A stretch of 64,000 nucleotides of DNA from Chrysomallon squamiferum (taxonomy: Eukaryota > Animalia > Mollusca). Each line of letters begins with the position of its first letter. Within the stretch, counting starts at the first letter, position 1. The stretch covers positions 930,001 through 994,000 of the forward strand of contig CM022678.1 of assembly GCA_012295275.1 (NCBI GenBank), in the 5' to 3' direction. Under the pieces are notes generated by a model. It did not search any database. It worked only from the letters and a program-made list of their open reading frames with translations, and was not told the DNA's origin. Below are positions 25,945 through 38,358 of the stretch, piece by piece. The translations under genes and the position numbers were made by a program.

Positions 25945-26435
25945 ACTTACTTACAATTCAGTTTAACTCATCTTTAAATTTTAGTTGTTTTATGTTAAAC
26001 CAGTTGTCTGTCACTGACCATACAACTCTTCTGTCCTGTCAACAATACAAAACTTACACACTGATTTAACTTGTTTCTTAAATTAATACTGTCAAGTAAT
26101 ACATTTTCCTTTTTTATTATTATGAAAATATTTACCTAAAAATTAATAAATAACAAAAAACTGAAGAATTATCTGTTAAGAAAAAAGAAAGAAAAATACT
26201 AGAAAATCCATTGTAACTGCCATTTTTCAAAATATCAAAAATTATTAATGGACAGTCTGTTGTTCTTTTTCATAATACTGACTGCAGAATCAGATATGTA
26301 TACTGAAACATTACTCTCAAAACATTTACTTACTTTAATTCAGTTTAACTCATCTTTAAATTTTAGTTGTTTTATGTTAAACCACTTGTAAGTAATTGAC
26401 CATACAGCTCTTCAGTCCTATCAACAGAATACTGT
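25945..26435 (-). repeat. Duplicated ~100-bp block, each copy ending in a GTAAGT donor; likely duplicated 5'UTR exon
   Basis: aattcagtttaactcatctttaaattttagttgttttatgttaaacca at ~25956 and ~26337. Confidence 0.45.
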
Positions 26436-26730
26436 AAAACAAAAATGTTTCAATTTACATTTAGAAAATAAAATAAATAAATAAATAAGTAAATAAATAA
26501 ATAAGAACAAAATACAATAAAAACATTTCTTTTCAAAAACTAAAACAACAAAAAAGAATTCTGCACACTCAAAAACTGAAAGAGACAGGATGAAATCTTC
26601 AGTTTTTCCATATCAATATTGTTGTTACGTTTAATTTCATTGATGAAATAATGTTATCTTTTCCTACAGAGAATTTCAGTTAATAAAGAAGAGATTTGTC
26701 ACAAACAATTACTACACATTGTTTTGGCCA

Positions 26731-26828
26731 AAAAAATCCAAATATCTAGATAGTGAGAAAATCCAAATAGTTAGATAGTGAGAAAATACAAATATCTAGA
26801 TAGTGAGAAAATCCAAATAGTTAGATTC
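26731..26828. repeat. ~26-bp tandem repeat, ~4 copies (aaaaatccaaatatctagatagtgag)
   Basis: Directly visible. Confidence 0.8.
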
Positions 26829-28519
26829 AGATGAATTCACATTTATAAATAATTTACTGAATCAAGTATAATATAATTTAAAAAAATCCAACTACCTAGA
26901 TATCAAGAAATTAATTTTACAAAATAGGAAGAAAATAAAATTAACTGCTTATTGGGCAAGCCCTGGTGGTATTTTGGGTCAAGTGTTGTGGTTTGTATTA
27001 TGAAGTAATTCATTATCTCAGTGAACTTGTTTTATCACCTAACCCATTTTGATACCAACATTAGTTGAACACCAATGTCAGCAATATAAAGATCTTTCAC
27101 AGCACATAGTGGCAAGATGTAATGACTTAGTTAAATTCATTTTTAAGCACTCACTAAAAAATGAGGTTTTTCATGGATGTGCGTTTACTTTGAAAAATAA
27201 TATATTTACTTACACACACATACAGTGTTCACAGTTACTTATTTAATGTTTGATTGCCAGTTTAGGTCTTAAAAGACTATTCTATAAACAGTTGTCATTT
27301 TCAAAAAACCCAATAAATTGTATTTATTTAAAAACTACCTTGCTTTGATTTGTAGTGCCAAACAAAAATTCATTTCTTGTAATATTTAGGATGCACATAA
27401 AAAGATATATTGGTTAACATATCAGGTGTATCCTGCTCAGGCAGAATAACAAATGCCTCGATGCAGTTCACATTGTAAAAAACACTTTAGCCAACATCTT
27501 AAAGGCTCTTTAGAAATTGAACAGTAAATGCATAAGTAAAATCACAGAGTGGAATACAGATGAAACACTACCAAATTGTATATCTATTCAGAAATGAAGT
27601 TTGCCTGGAGGTGATGTTCTTATGTATATTCTGCACATTCTGTCTTTTTTATAATTGTCTGAACTTATTTATTTATTTATTTACTTATTATACAGCTTAA
27701 CGTTAATACTTTCATTGATTACAAACATTATTGTGTAATTTTCATTAAAACCAGATTTTCTTGTGTCAGCTCATGCAAATTTTCCCTCATTCTTACGCAG
27801 CTGGTCACAACGGATAAAACATATTTTCTTATCTGTGAAGAGTTATACACTTATTCTTACTCATTTTTGTTTAGCTGTGTTTATTATTATTATTATTATC
27901 TTTGTTTGTTTTTGTCGACAATCGCTCGTCCAAGTCGGTTATGGATTCGATTGTCTCCCTTTAACTGGTCTAAGACTTTTTTCTTTTTTTTTTCCCAATT
28001 ACTTTGTAGACGACTCTAAAAGTTAAAAAATAAAAAAAAATAATATCATCTTACGAAACCAGTTGTAGCAAGTCTACTTCACTGTTAAGCAGTAGTACAC
28101 TGTAACACAGAATACTCTTGTCTCATCAGGTTTAAAATAAACACAACACTAACAGTAATACACAGGTAAAAGCAAATAGTATTCGTGTGTTGAGAATCTG
28201 TAACTATTTATTATTATTATTATTATTAATTTCTTTTTCAGTTGAAAGACATTATTTTTACACAAAAATGAGTGATTATTATTCATTTGTGAAAGAGTCC
28301 AGAGTTTGTGCTGTTTTTTTCCCGAATATAAAATAGTTAATATTGTTTTTATACAGAGTAAAGACATTACAATCAGCTTTCTTCATAACAACCTACCCCA
28401 TAATCTGCTGTCAACTGCCAACACTTCGGGCGACTTTTTAAAATTTGTATGCTGTTTTCTCGGCTTGTTTTGGAAACATAAAAATACGCATGAGTAATTT
28501 ATTTGTTACCGTTTATATG

Positions 28520-28892
28520 GAAATTGTGAGAACATTTCCACAATTTAGTAGTCATGCTGGTTTGTAACTCTATGTCACTAGTGAATGTTAGAGGATGTCA
28601 CAACAATTCGTACAATGCATTATTCCATTGCAGGATGTTTTTCTTGAACATAGGAAATATATCTCATCTAATAAAGAAAACAAATATAATTTGTATTTAT
28701 AAAACATATTTATTATGTTAATTGTCACTGGAATTACAATGCACTCTGTATTAATAATAATAATAATAACCATTATAATATAATACTATAAAAATTGATA
28801 AAACATTAATGACACAGCAAACTCTACTGTAATTTAATTTAATTTAAAAAAATAAAGATTTAATACTTACTCATTTAACAATATTATATTGG

Positions 28893-28936
<44 letters not shown>

Positions 28937-29759
28937 TGGTAATGGTTATTGTATTTCTCATTTAGTATTCAGAATAATGAAATTAGTTATATTATTTTAA
29001 ATGATTATTTTAAAATGTTAGCAATGTAATGAACATTTGATATCAAGGGGTATTCTTATGGGTATCATCCCATTTGTTACACATCTTATAAAAACAGAGG
29101 TAATCAGATGTCCTCTTTCTAGTATATAATAATGGATTCATCTTCCCAGTTGTTACACAATCAGCTGAGGAGATAATTAAGCAACTGATCCATATTATGA
29201 TTTATAAGAAGTTAAAACAATGGAATTTAAAGCAGTTTGATTACTGATTATAGTGGAAAGTTAATTAATTTTCTTTGAAAACAAATTGGTCACAGGTGAC
29301 TATTTCACTAATATTATTGGAATTGGCTTAATAAACCATCAAACTGACTGTAACATCTGGATGTGTAACAAAAATGAGAGAATCACCATTTGTCACTTTT
29401 CAAATATTAATTAAAGACTCAGTTAATTCTAAAACAGTATGTTGAACTTTTATCTAAAGTTTCTTGATACACAAAATAAATAAGATAAAAAAAATCAGTG
29501 TAATCAAATTAATATACACATACACATACAAGTAAATTCATTTAATATATTTGAATGATTAAAAAGATAAAAGTAAAAAAAAAAACCAAAACCCACACAA
29601 ACAAAACAAATATGAATATATTTTTAGAAATATTTTTTCAGTGTATTAAAAAGTATGCATAAACTAACACATTTCATACATTGTTTATGTAAAAGTGACA
29701 ACAAGCAAAGGTCACATTACACAAAACGTTTTCCTTTTTTTTTCACTGATAAAAAATAA

Positions 29760-29810
<51 letters not shown>

Positions 29811-30195
29811 TATAATTATAATAATAATAATAACAACACTAATAATAATAATAATGGCAATAACAACAATAAAAATACATAATTAATAAAATAATTTTTA
29901 AAAATCTTAAATTACCTCACACAGTAATAAAGAAAAAATATTTCAAAATTCAGTAACAAAATTAATATAATGCATCAAATAATTTCTGCAAGGAAACAAT
30001 TATCAAGACACAAAAAATATATAATATATATACTATACAATTATTCAGTGCAATTTAAGGATCAGCACATTAGTAAATATATATAACTTAATAACAAAAT
30101 AATTTCATGTACAAAGCTATCATTCAATGTAATATAAAGTCCAATACATTCCTGAAAATAACTTTTGATAATAATAATAATAACAGTAATAACCA

Positions 30196-30264
<69 letters not shown>

Positions 30265-30567
30265 AAGAAGAAGAAGAACAACAACAACAACAATAATAAT
30301 AATAACAAAAATAATAATAATAATCATAATAATAATAATAATATTAATAATGAAGAAAATGAATTCTTTCTCTTCTTATTCAGAGGATATCTATAAAAAT
30401 ATGTAAGTATTACAATAAATATATTTTTAAAAATATTTTTTCAGTGTATTAAAAAGTATACATAAACTAACACATTTCATACACTGTTTATGTAAAAGAG
30501 ATATAACAAGCAAAGGTCACATTACACAAAACGTTTTCCTTTTTTTTTTCACTGATAAAAAAAAAAA

Positions 30568-30624
<57 letters not shown>

Positions 30625-30954
30625 CAACACTAATAATAATAATAACGGCAATAACAACAATAAAAATACATTATTAATAAAATAATTTTTAATAATCTTA
30701 AATTAGCTCACATAGTAATAAAAAATATTTCAGAATTCAGTAACAAAATTAATATAATGCATCAAATACTTTCTGCAAGGAAACAATTATCAAGACACAA
30801 AAAATATATAATATATATACTATACAATTATTCAGTGCAATTTAAGGATCAGCACATTAGTAAATATATATAACTTAATAACAAAATAATTTCATGTACA
30901 AAGCTATCATTCAGTGTAATATAATGTCCAATACATTCCTCAAAATAAGTTTTG

Positions 30955-31031
<77 letters not shown>

Positions 31032-31193
31032 AAGAAGAATAACAATAACAGTAATAACAAAAATAATAATAATCATAATAATAATAGCAACAACAATGAC
31101 AATAATAATAATAAGAATAAGAAGAAGAAGAAGAAGAAGAAGAATAACAAAAATAATAATAATAATCATAATAATAATAACAACAACAATGAC

Positions 31194-31246
<53 letters not shown>

Positions 31247-31456
31247 AGACATAAAAAAATGAATTCTTTCTCTTCTTATTCAGAGGATATCTATAAAATA
31301 TATGTAAGTATTACAATGAATATATTTTTAAAAATATTTGTTCAGTGTACTAAAAAGTATACATAAACTAACACATTTCATACATTGTTTATGTAAAAGA
31401 GATATAACAAGCAAAGGTCACATTACACAAAACGTTTTCCTTTTTCTTTTTCACTG

Positions 31457-31489
<33 letters not shown>

Positions 31490-31845
31490 ATAATAATAAT
31501 AATAATAATAACAACACTAATAATAATAATAATGGCAATAACAACAATACAAATACATTATTAATAAAATAATTTTTAAAAATCTAAAATTACCTCACAT
31601 AGTAATAAAGAAAAAAATATTTCAGAATTCAGTATCAAAATTAATATAATGCATCAAATAATTTCTGCAAGGAAACAATTATCAAGACACAAAAAATACA
31701 TAATATATATACTATGCAATTATTCAGTGCAATTTAAGGATCATCACATTAGTAAATATATATAACTTAATAACAAATAATTTCATGTACAAAGCTATCA
31801 TTCAAAATAATATAAAGTCCAATACATTCCTGAAAATAAGTTTTG

Positions 31846-31912
<67 letters not shown>

Positions 31913-33960
31913 CAATATATCTATTATTATTATTATTATTATTCACCAAAAAGTAATTTGATGCAAGTTATTTACAAATAAAATAAAAGTAGTATTAAAA
32001 TTTCATCACACAATTTAAATCAGTTCAACTTGACACTCAAAGTTCAAAGTCAAACAGATAAATGTAAACAATATTAACTTAAAATAATATTCCTAATTTA
32101 AACTTACATATACTTTATTAATTACTCACTATTTTACAATTATTAAATAGATAAATGTAAACACTGTTAAATAAAAATATTCCTAAAATAATCTTAGTTT
32201 ACTAATTATTTACTAGTTAATAGTCCTTGAATAGAAAAATGTAAACATTATTAAACTAATTTCCTCTTAAATTTAATTTATTAATTATTCACTATTTTAT
32301 AACTATTAAAGTTGTTTGTAGTTATTATTAAATAAAAATATTCCTAATATACTTTCACTTGCTATTTATTGATTTAGAATTATTAAACACACACACATAT
32401 ATATATATATTAACTAAAAATATTCTACAACAAATGTATTTACTTTACTGATTATATAGTGCTTTGTAATGAACATTTTGACAGTGTCATAACCACATCA
32501 GTTTCCTGTTATATATATATATATATTATTATTATAAAATTAGTCATCTTTGCTATATATCAAAATGAAATGTGAATGAAAATATCGATACTGTACATTA
32601 CTGTGCACTGGTTTCTATTATTTATATAAATGTAGACAAAATGTATTAATAATGAAAACTTGAATTTGCTTCATTAATTTTGTTACTCTATTTTCTAATG
32701 AAAATTTAGTTAAATTTATAAATTCTATGAAAGTATCTCTTAATCAATAAAAGAAAAGAAAAAGATCTGTATGACAATAAAAGAAACCAAAGTAACAGTA
32801 AGAAATAGATTATAATATCAAATTTTTTTTTATATATATTTTCTAATTTTATACATAGTAAAATATATGTCTATATATATATACACATTAAAATACAAAT
32901 GCATTTATTAAAAAAATATAAAAAAAACAATATTTTAGAAAATAAAAATATAAAAATAATCTTATATTAAATATTGCAATACTAGTTTACCTACCATAAA
33001 CAAGTAAAAATATTTAGTACTACACAATTATTTTATCAAATATATATGTACATACATTTTACAATTAAAATTAAACTAAAAAAAAAAAAAAAAAAACAAT
33101 CCTCTACACTTAACATTAATATACACATTTAGTAATGCAGAACTGTTGTATAAAATAAAATAAAGGTTTATTAAAAATTTTGCATTCAACATTAAAACAC
33201 AACTTTAATTATAACATCCTGTTTAACAGATATTTTCACACATGAACAGTCTAATAGCAACACAAGTAATAATCAAGTCATCATGAATAACAAATCTGAT
33301 TTAAAAACTGTCTGACTTTTTACTGACTGAATAACCTGATCAAAACTAACATCAGTTTTAGTATTGTTGTATTATTATTGGAACCTTAACTTATCTTAAC
33401 ACCTTTTTAAACTGAAATGTGCAAGAAGTCCCACAAAGTGTTTGAGTGAAAAGTAATAATCAAATGGATATTTCATTGTATTATACTATTCCTTGTTACA
33501 TACAAATACAACATACAACAAAATATTTTGATACAAACAAAAGACTCAGAAGCATTAATACAATATTTGAACAAATACAACAGACTGTATCATATATAAT
33601 ACACTATTGGAATAGAAATATTAAAGTACACAGCATAGTAATGCAGTATCTGAATAGAAACAATTTACAGTATCTAGATACACACCAGCAATATAGTTAC
33701 ACAAACGTACACTGGCTTTAATTATTTTGTTCACTAATTTTATTTTGAAAATCTTATATGGCTGATGCATCAATATGTTTCACGATTGAGTAAAAAATTA
33801 AGAACAATTTTATATAACAAACAAAATTTAGATTTCTTCAAAATAATTTTTCTTTTTATCATGAACATCATTTTAATACAAATATATTATTTCTGCAGAA
33901 TTTTAAAATGTTCTCATCAGGTAACCTTCCACTTAAAAGTGACAGTCCATGTATATAACG
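28520..33960. repeat. Paralogous 3' flank of STAND copy 3 (segmental duplicate of ~14900-17520)
   Basis: Shared blocks in the same order, e.g. tgtgagaacatttccacaattta (14907/28525), tcccatttgttac, cattaaaacacaactttaattataacatcctg (16611/33190), atttctgcagaattttaaaatg. Confidence 0.85.
29620..31920. repeat. Three tandem copies of an ~0.8-0.9 kb unit rich in (AAT)n/(AAG)n microsatellites
   Basis: caagcaaaggtcacattacacaaaacgttttcc at ~29702, 30506 and 31407; gcaaggaaacaattatcaagacac three times. Confidence 0.9.
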
Positions 33961-34350
33961 TATTACATTGAACAATTTATTATTTTTTTTTAATTTTTTT
34001 TTTAATAAATAATTATCTGTTTTATCTTTAGCATCATGCTCCTGTAAATACAAAACAGATTTGTAACTATGAAATCTGCTATTCTTAGCTTTATCATCAG
34101 AATTAATAACACCTATATCAACACCTTAAATCAGTACTTTCAAAAGTTTTGTATTTCCATGTTTAGCTGCTAATTGTAAAACAGAATTGTTATCATTCTC
34201 TGTTAAGTTAGGATCAGCTCCTTGTTTTAGTAAATATAAAGCTACTTCCTGTCTGTTATTGTATAAGGACAAAAGAAAAAGAATTTTACCTTCATTGTTA
34301 ATTACATTTATTTAATCACATTTTTTATTACTTCTTTCACCACATGTACG

Positions 34351-36905
34351 TCAATTTGAGATGCTATGTGCTGAATTGTTTTGTTTATCTGTTATGTTAA
34401 TATCAGCACCATTTTCCAATAACAACAAAGCTATTTCCTTTCTGTGTGGCACTGCTTTTACAGCTTCATAAAGTGGAGTTTTCCCATCTCTGTTTACTGC
34501 ATTTACATCAGCATTTCTCTCTATTAGTGATTTTATCACATCTAAATCACCACGCAGAACTGAAATATGGAGAAGTGAATCTGAAGGCAACAATTTCAAA
34601 CTCGATTTCTCATCAGACCACAGTTTTAATTGATTTTCCTCTTCAAACAGTTGAATCAATTTCAGGTTAACAGCTACATTCACATTTGGATCAGCTCCTT
34701 TATCAAGAAGACACCGAACAACATCTACTCTGTTAAACATCACTGCTACTTTCAGTACTTCACCTTTCTTCCAGTTGTTCTCATCTGTATCATTACATCT
34801 CTGCTCAATGAGAAAATTCACTGTGTCAGCAGATCCCCACATTGCTGCTGCTAAAAGTACTTTATCTCTGTTCTCCTCATTTAAACAATCAGGTTTCAGT
34901 TTTACTATTTCTTTTATAACACCTGAAGTACTATGACCAGCAGCAATGATAGCAATGTCTTTAATTTTGTTTATTATATCAATGGTAACCAGTTTCTTAA
35001 GAAGGTGGCTTACATCAACAATTTTAAGAGGTTTTTCCAAACACATGCTGCTGGATTTAAATGTTACTTTTGTATGGAATCTAACCAGTAACAGTTTCAC
35101 AGCTTCTTCCTTGATTTCATTGTTGTTTTTCTCTTTGCTTATGATCTCAGCCAGCAGACAGGAAATATTCATGTTACCTGAACAAACAGAAAGATGTAAC
35201 AAATGAGAACACAGATTCAATTTCATGTCCTTTTCATACTGAAACAGTTCTTTGAGTATGGTAGCACTGTCTGTTTTTGAACAAGCAGCTGCACTGAATG
35301 TATCAAATGTTGGAATAACACCTAATTTTAGCAACATTCTCACAACATCTTCATCACCAACCAAACAAGAAATATCCAAAAGTTCTTTTTTCTGATCTGT
35401 TAATTCCATTTCACACAGTTTTGATGTGTAAAATCTTGACAATGTTCTTAGTCCATTTACAAAACACTCACATGCAACAGATGAAGAATTTATAAAAACT
35501 TCTTGAACTTCTAAATTCCACATGCTATTAGAATGAAAACTTGACTCACTGTTAAGAAGATATGAAATATTTCTAAACAGTTCATTAGCAGTGTTTACAT
35601 GTACAACTGATTTACAAAGGTACGAAGATGTATGATATACTCTTTGCTGTAAAATTTCAGGCAACCTACCATAAAAGTATTTTTCTTCTATGAGGTATTT
35701 TAGAAACTCTTCATCTTTCAGTGATGGATGTGAAATAATTTCTATGAAATTGTCTGATGCCAGCAAGTCAGTAAATCTGCGAGCAAGAAAATCAAAGCAG
35801 TCAGGTCTTACAGTCATTGTAATGTGACTTTTGTTAGACACTCCAGGCGTCACAACATATTCTAACAACATGGAAACTGGACACACTTCTAGCAATTCTG
35901 CTGCTTTCTTTGGAAACTGTGATGAAAACATCAGAAACAAACAGTCAAACAAAGACTGGTGAATAAATGTGTATTTATTGTGTGAACACTTCAAATAGGT
36001 ACCACACATTTCATCAGCTGCTTTCTTTATATCTGCAAGATCAATTTTTTTTGAACTTGGACAGGCACACTCTAGCAGTTTTACTAATTTCATTATGCCA
36101 CTGTCAGTGTCATTTTTAGATGGGTCCAGTGAATCAGTATTGACAATTCCTTGTTGGAACAAGATTAACAGTAGAACCAGGTAGTTGATTTGTGAAGTTT
36201 TGTCAGTTTTCAAATTTTCCAGCTCTTGTCTGAGATACTCTACAGGTTTCTCAAAAAAATCAACTCCTCTTTTTTGTGCATCACTTGAATTAACATAATA
36301 CACACACATCTGAGGAAATCCTAACTCTGCACATGAACTGACAATGAAAGTGTATTTATCAATTTCATCCAATAGAACAAACTTTTCTATGAGATATATA
36401 TTTAGAATTTGCTCCTTTTCATCGTAAGTCAGGCAACAGTCATCACTCTGCAGATCAAGAACATGATTCTCATTAAACAGGTCAAATTCCTTCAAACCAG
36501 TTTCACTTTCTGAAAATATTTGTTTTCTTAAAGTAATAATACATTTCAAAGAACCAGCATGAACAAGACTCCATAGCTTTGGAAATTTCAGTTTCCATGA
36601 GTCTATAAAATGTGAAACAAGATTAGTCTTACCAAATATATCATCAATGAGAAAAACATATTTCTTATTTCTAGACAGAAAGATGTCATTGAATTCAGAG
36701 TGATGAGTCAGCAAGTAAGATTCTCTTTTTTCTTCTTTTTCTATCTCTCTCATCATGCTCAAAGCTAGAGTTGTCTTTCCTGAACCTGGAACACCTACTA
36801 CAATGACAACACCATGCTCCTTCAAAAGTGCAACACCTCTTTTTTCTGCTCTTCTTTTAGCATAGACTCTCCAGTCAACTGAGTTTAACACTAGCCTGGT
36901 AAATT
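34351..36905 (-). CDS. STAND-class P-loop NTPase (nSTAND3-like) + short ankyrin array, copy 3
   Basis: Uninterrupted 846-aa ORF. Phase-1 acceptor (tacag, 36906-36908). GVPGSGKTT, VFLIDDIFG, ELGFPQMC, FIHQSLFD and ~5 ankyrin repeats. A 4-nt deletion near 34370 ends the frame, with two to three decayed ankyrin repeats following to ~34110. Confidence 0.9.
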
Positions 36906-37043
36906 CTGTATGAGAACATTAAAAGAATACAAAAATTAAAATTAAAATAAATGATGTATAATTGATTGTTTAGAATATATTTTACTATTCACATATAAAT
37001 AATATAATTTTTAATTGGTCATTGGATGTGATTTTATTTTATT

Positions 37044-37078
<35 letters not shown>

Positions 37079-37222
37079 TTATTATTATTTTATTTTTTAT
37101 TTTTAAAAAAATGCAGTTGTTTGTTGTCAGAATTGTAGTTCATCAAAATTTAACAAAGATAATAAGATGTGACAATTTCAGATGGTGTAAAAGCAACAAG
37201 ATGATTTCACTTTTTATCTTAC

Positions 37223-37295
37223 CAGTTTCAAATGTTTGTTGTCTTGGTACATCATTCCTTTGTTTACTATTATTTTCATTATGTTGTTTTGTCTC
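37223..37295 (-). CDS. Candidate small exon upstream of STAND copy 3 (ETKQHNENNSKQRNDVPRQQTFET; phase 0-1)
   Basis: tttatattag acceptor and a strong G|GTAAG donor; open frame ends in phase 1. Confidence 0.4.
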
Positions 37296-37520
37296 CTAAT
37301 ATAAATTTTTCTACAGCGAGATATATTTACTGTCACTCAGGTCATAGCTGTTAATGTAGTGAATGGTGGTTTCATTTCAACCATAACAAACTATCGTTCA
37401 GCATAGCACAACATTTGTGTCAACGATAATATATATATAAAACCCAACAACAAACAAACTAATGATTAATGCGAAATGGAGTTCTGTTGTCTATTAAAAA
37501 TGTTTCAGGTTTTAACTTAC

Positions 37521-37587
37521 TGGTGTCAACAGCTTCACCTTCTGATTCAATGTTCCTGTTAGTAGATTGATTTTTATGTCTGCTCAT
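37521..37587 (-). CDS. Candidate start or linker exon upstream of STAND copy 3 (MSRHKNQSTNRNIESEGEAVDT)
   Basis: GTAAGT donor at 37520, phase 1 in the ATG frame; acceptor ambiguous. Confidence 0.4.
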
Positions 37588-38358
37588 ATTTAAATATGTT
37601 CTACCACTGCTTATGTTGTCGCAAATGTAGAAAAATAAATTATTTACATTCACAGCCTACATGTAAAACATGCATATACATGTAAGATAATGAAAATGAT
37701 GATTTTAGAAGCAGTGTTCAGAAACAGGTGAAATAAAGTTTAGCAGAGAACAGTAGATCGCAGAATCCTTGGAAGTGGACTGGCTATTGGTTGACACAGG
37801 TCACATATGACATGTGGGCTTTGCATTCTGGGCAACATTAATGGTGTCAAGAATTAAACTCAGTGTTTGATTTAATGGAAAATAAGTAGTTTTGTTAGGT
37901 AATATTTACCGATGTGGTTGGTAGAAGGTCAGCACTGAACTAAAATGACTTCTAACAGTTACTGAGTGAGCTTGGTGACGTCAACTTTTCTGTTAATCAG
38001 GTTTTATATATATAGTTAGGGTTCGAAACATTTTTCGAAACAAACAAAAACACTATTTTTATCCATATTTAGACATATGACAGCATACAGTTTCACCTAC
38101 ATACACAGTGTCTCTGTCTGAATATATTTGTGTGTAAATCTGAGTAATGCATGTCTACATCTATATTTGTCTGCATGTATGTGTTCTTTGTTCTAAGTGA
38201 TGGTAGGGGTATGTATGTTTATATGTACCCTATTTATGTACACATTTAAACGTTACTCAGTTCACAGTTTGTGAAAGAAAAATACTAACGACTACTATGT
38301 ATTCTGTTATCTATTAAACATGTAGAGAAGAAAAAACAACTTTCAGTTTTTGACTTAC

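Noticed and set aside
29695-31949. Poly-I/N/R/K/L ORFs
   Set aside because: (AAT)n and (AAG)n microsatellite translations
19983-35206. Plus-strand ORFs overlapping the STAND-ankyrin genes (19983, 21031, 23722, 34446, 34630, 34946)
   Set aside because: Antisense shadows of the real minus-strand coding sequence
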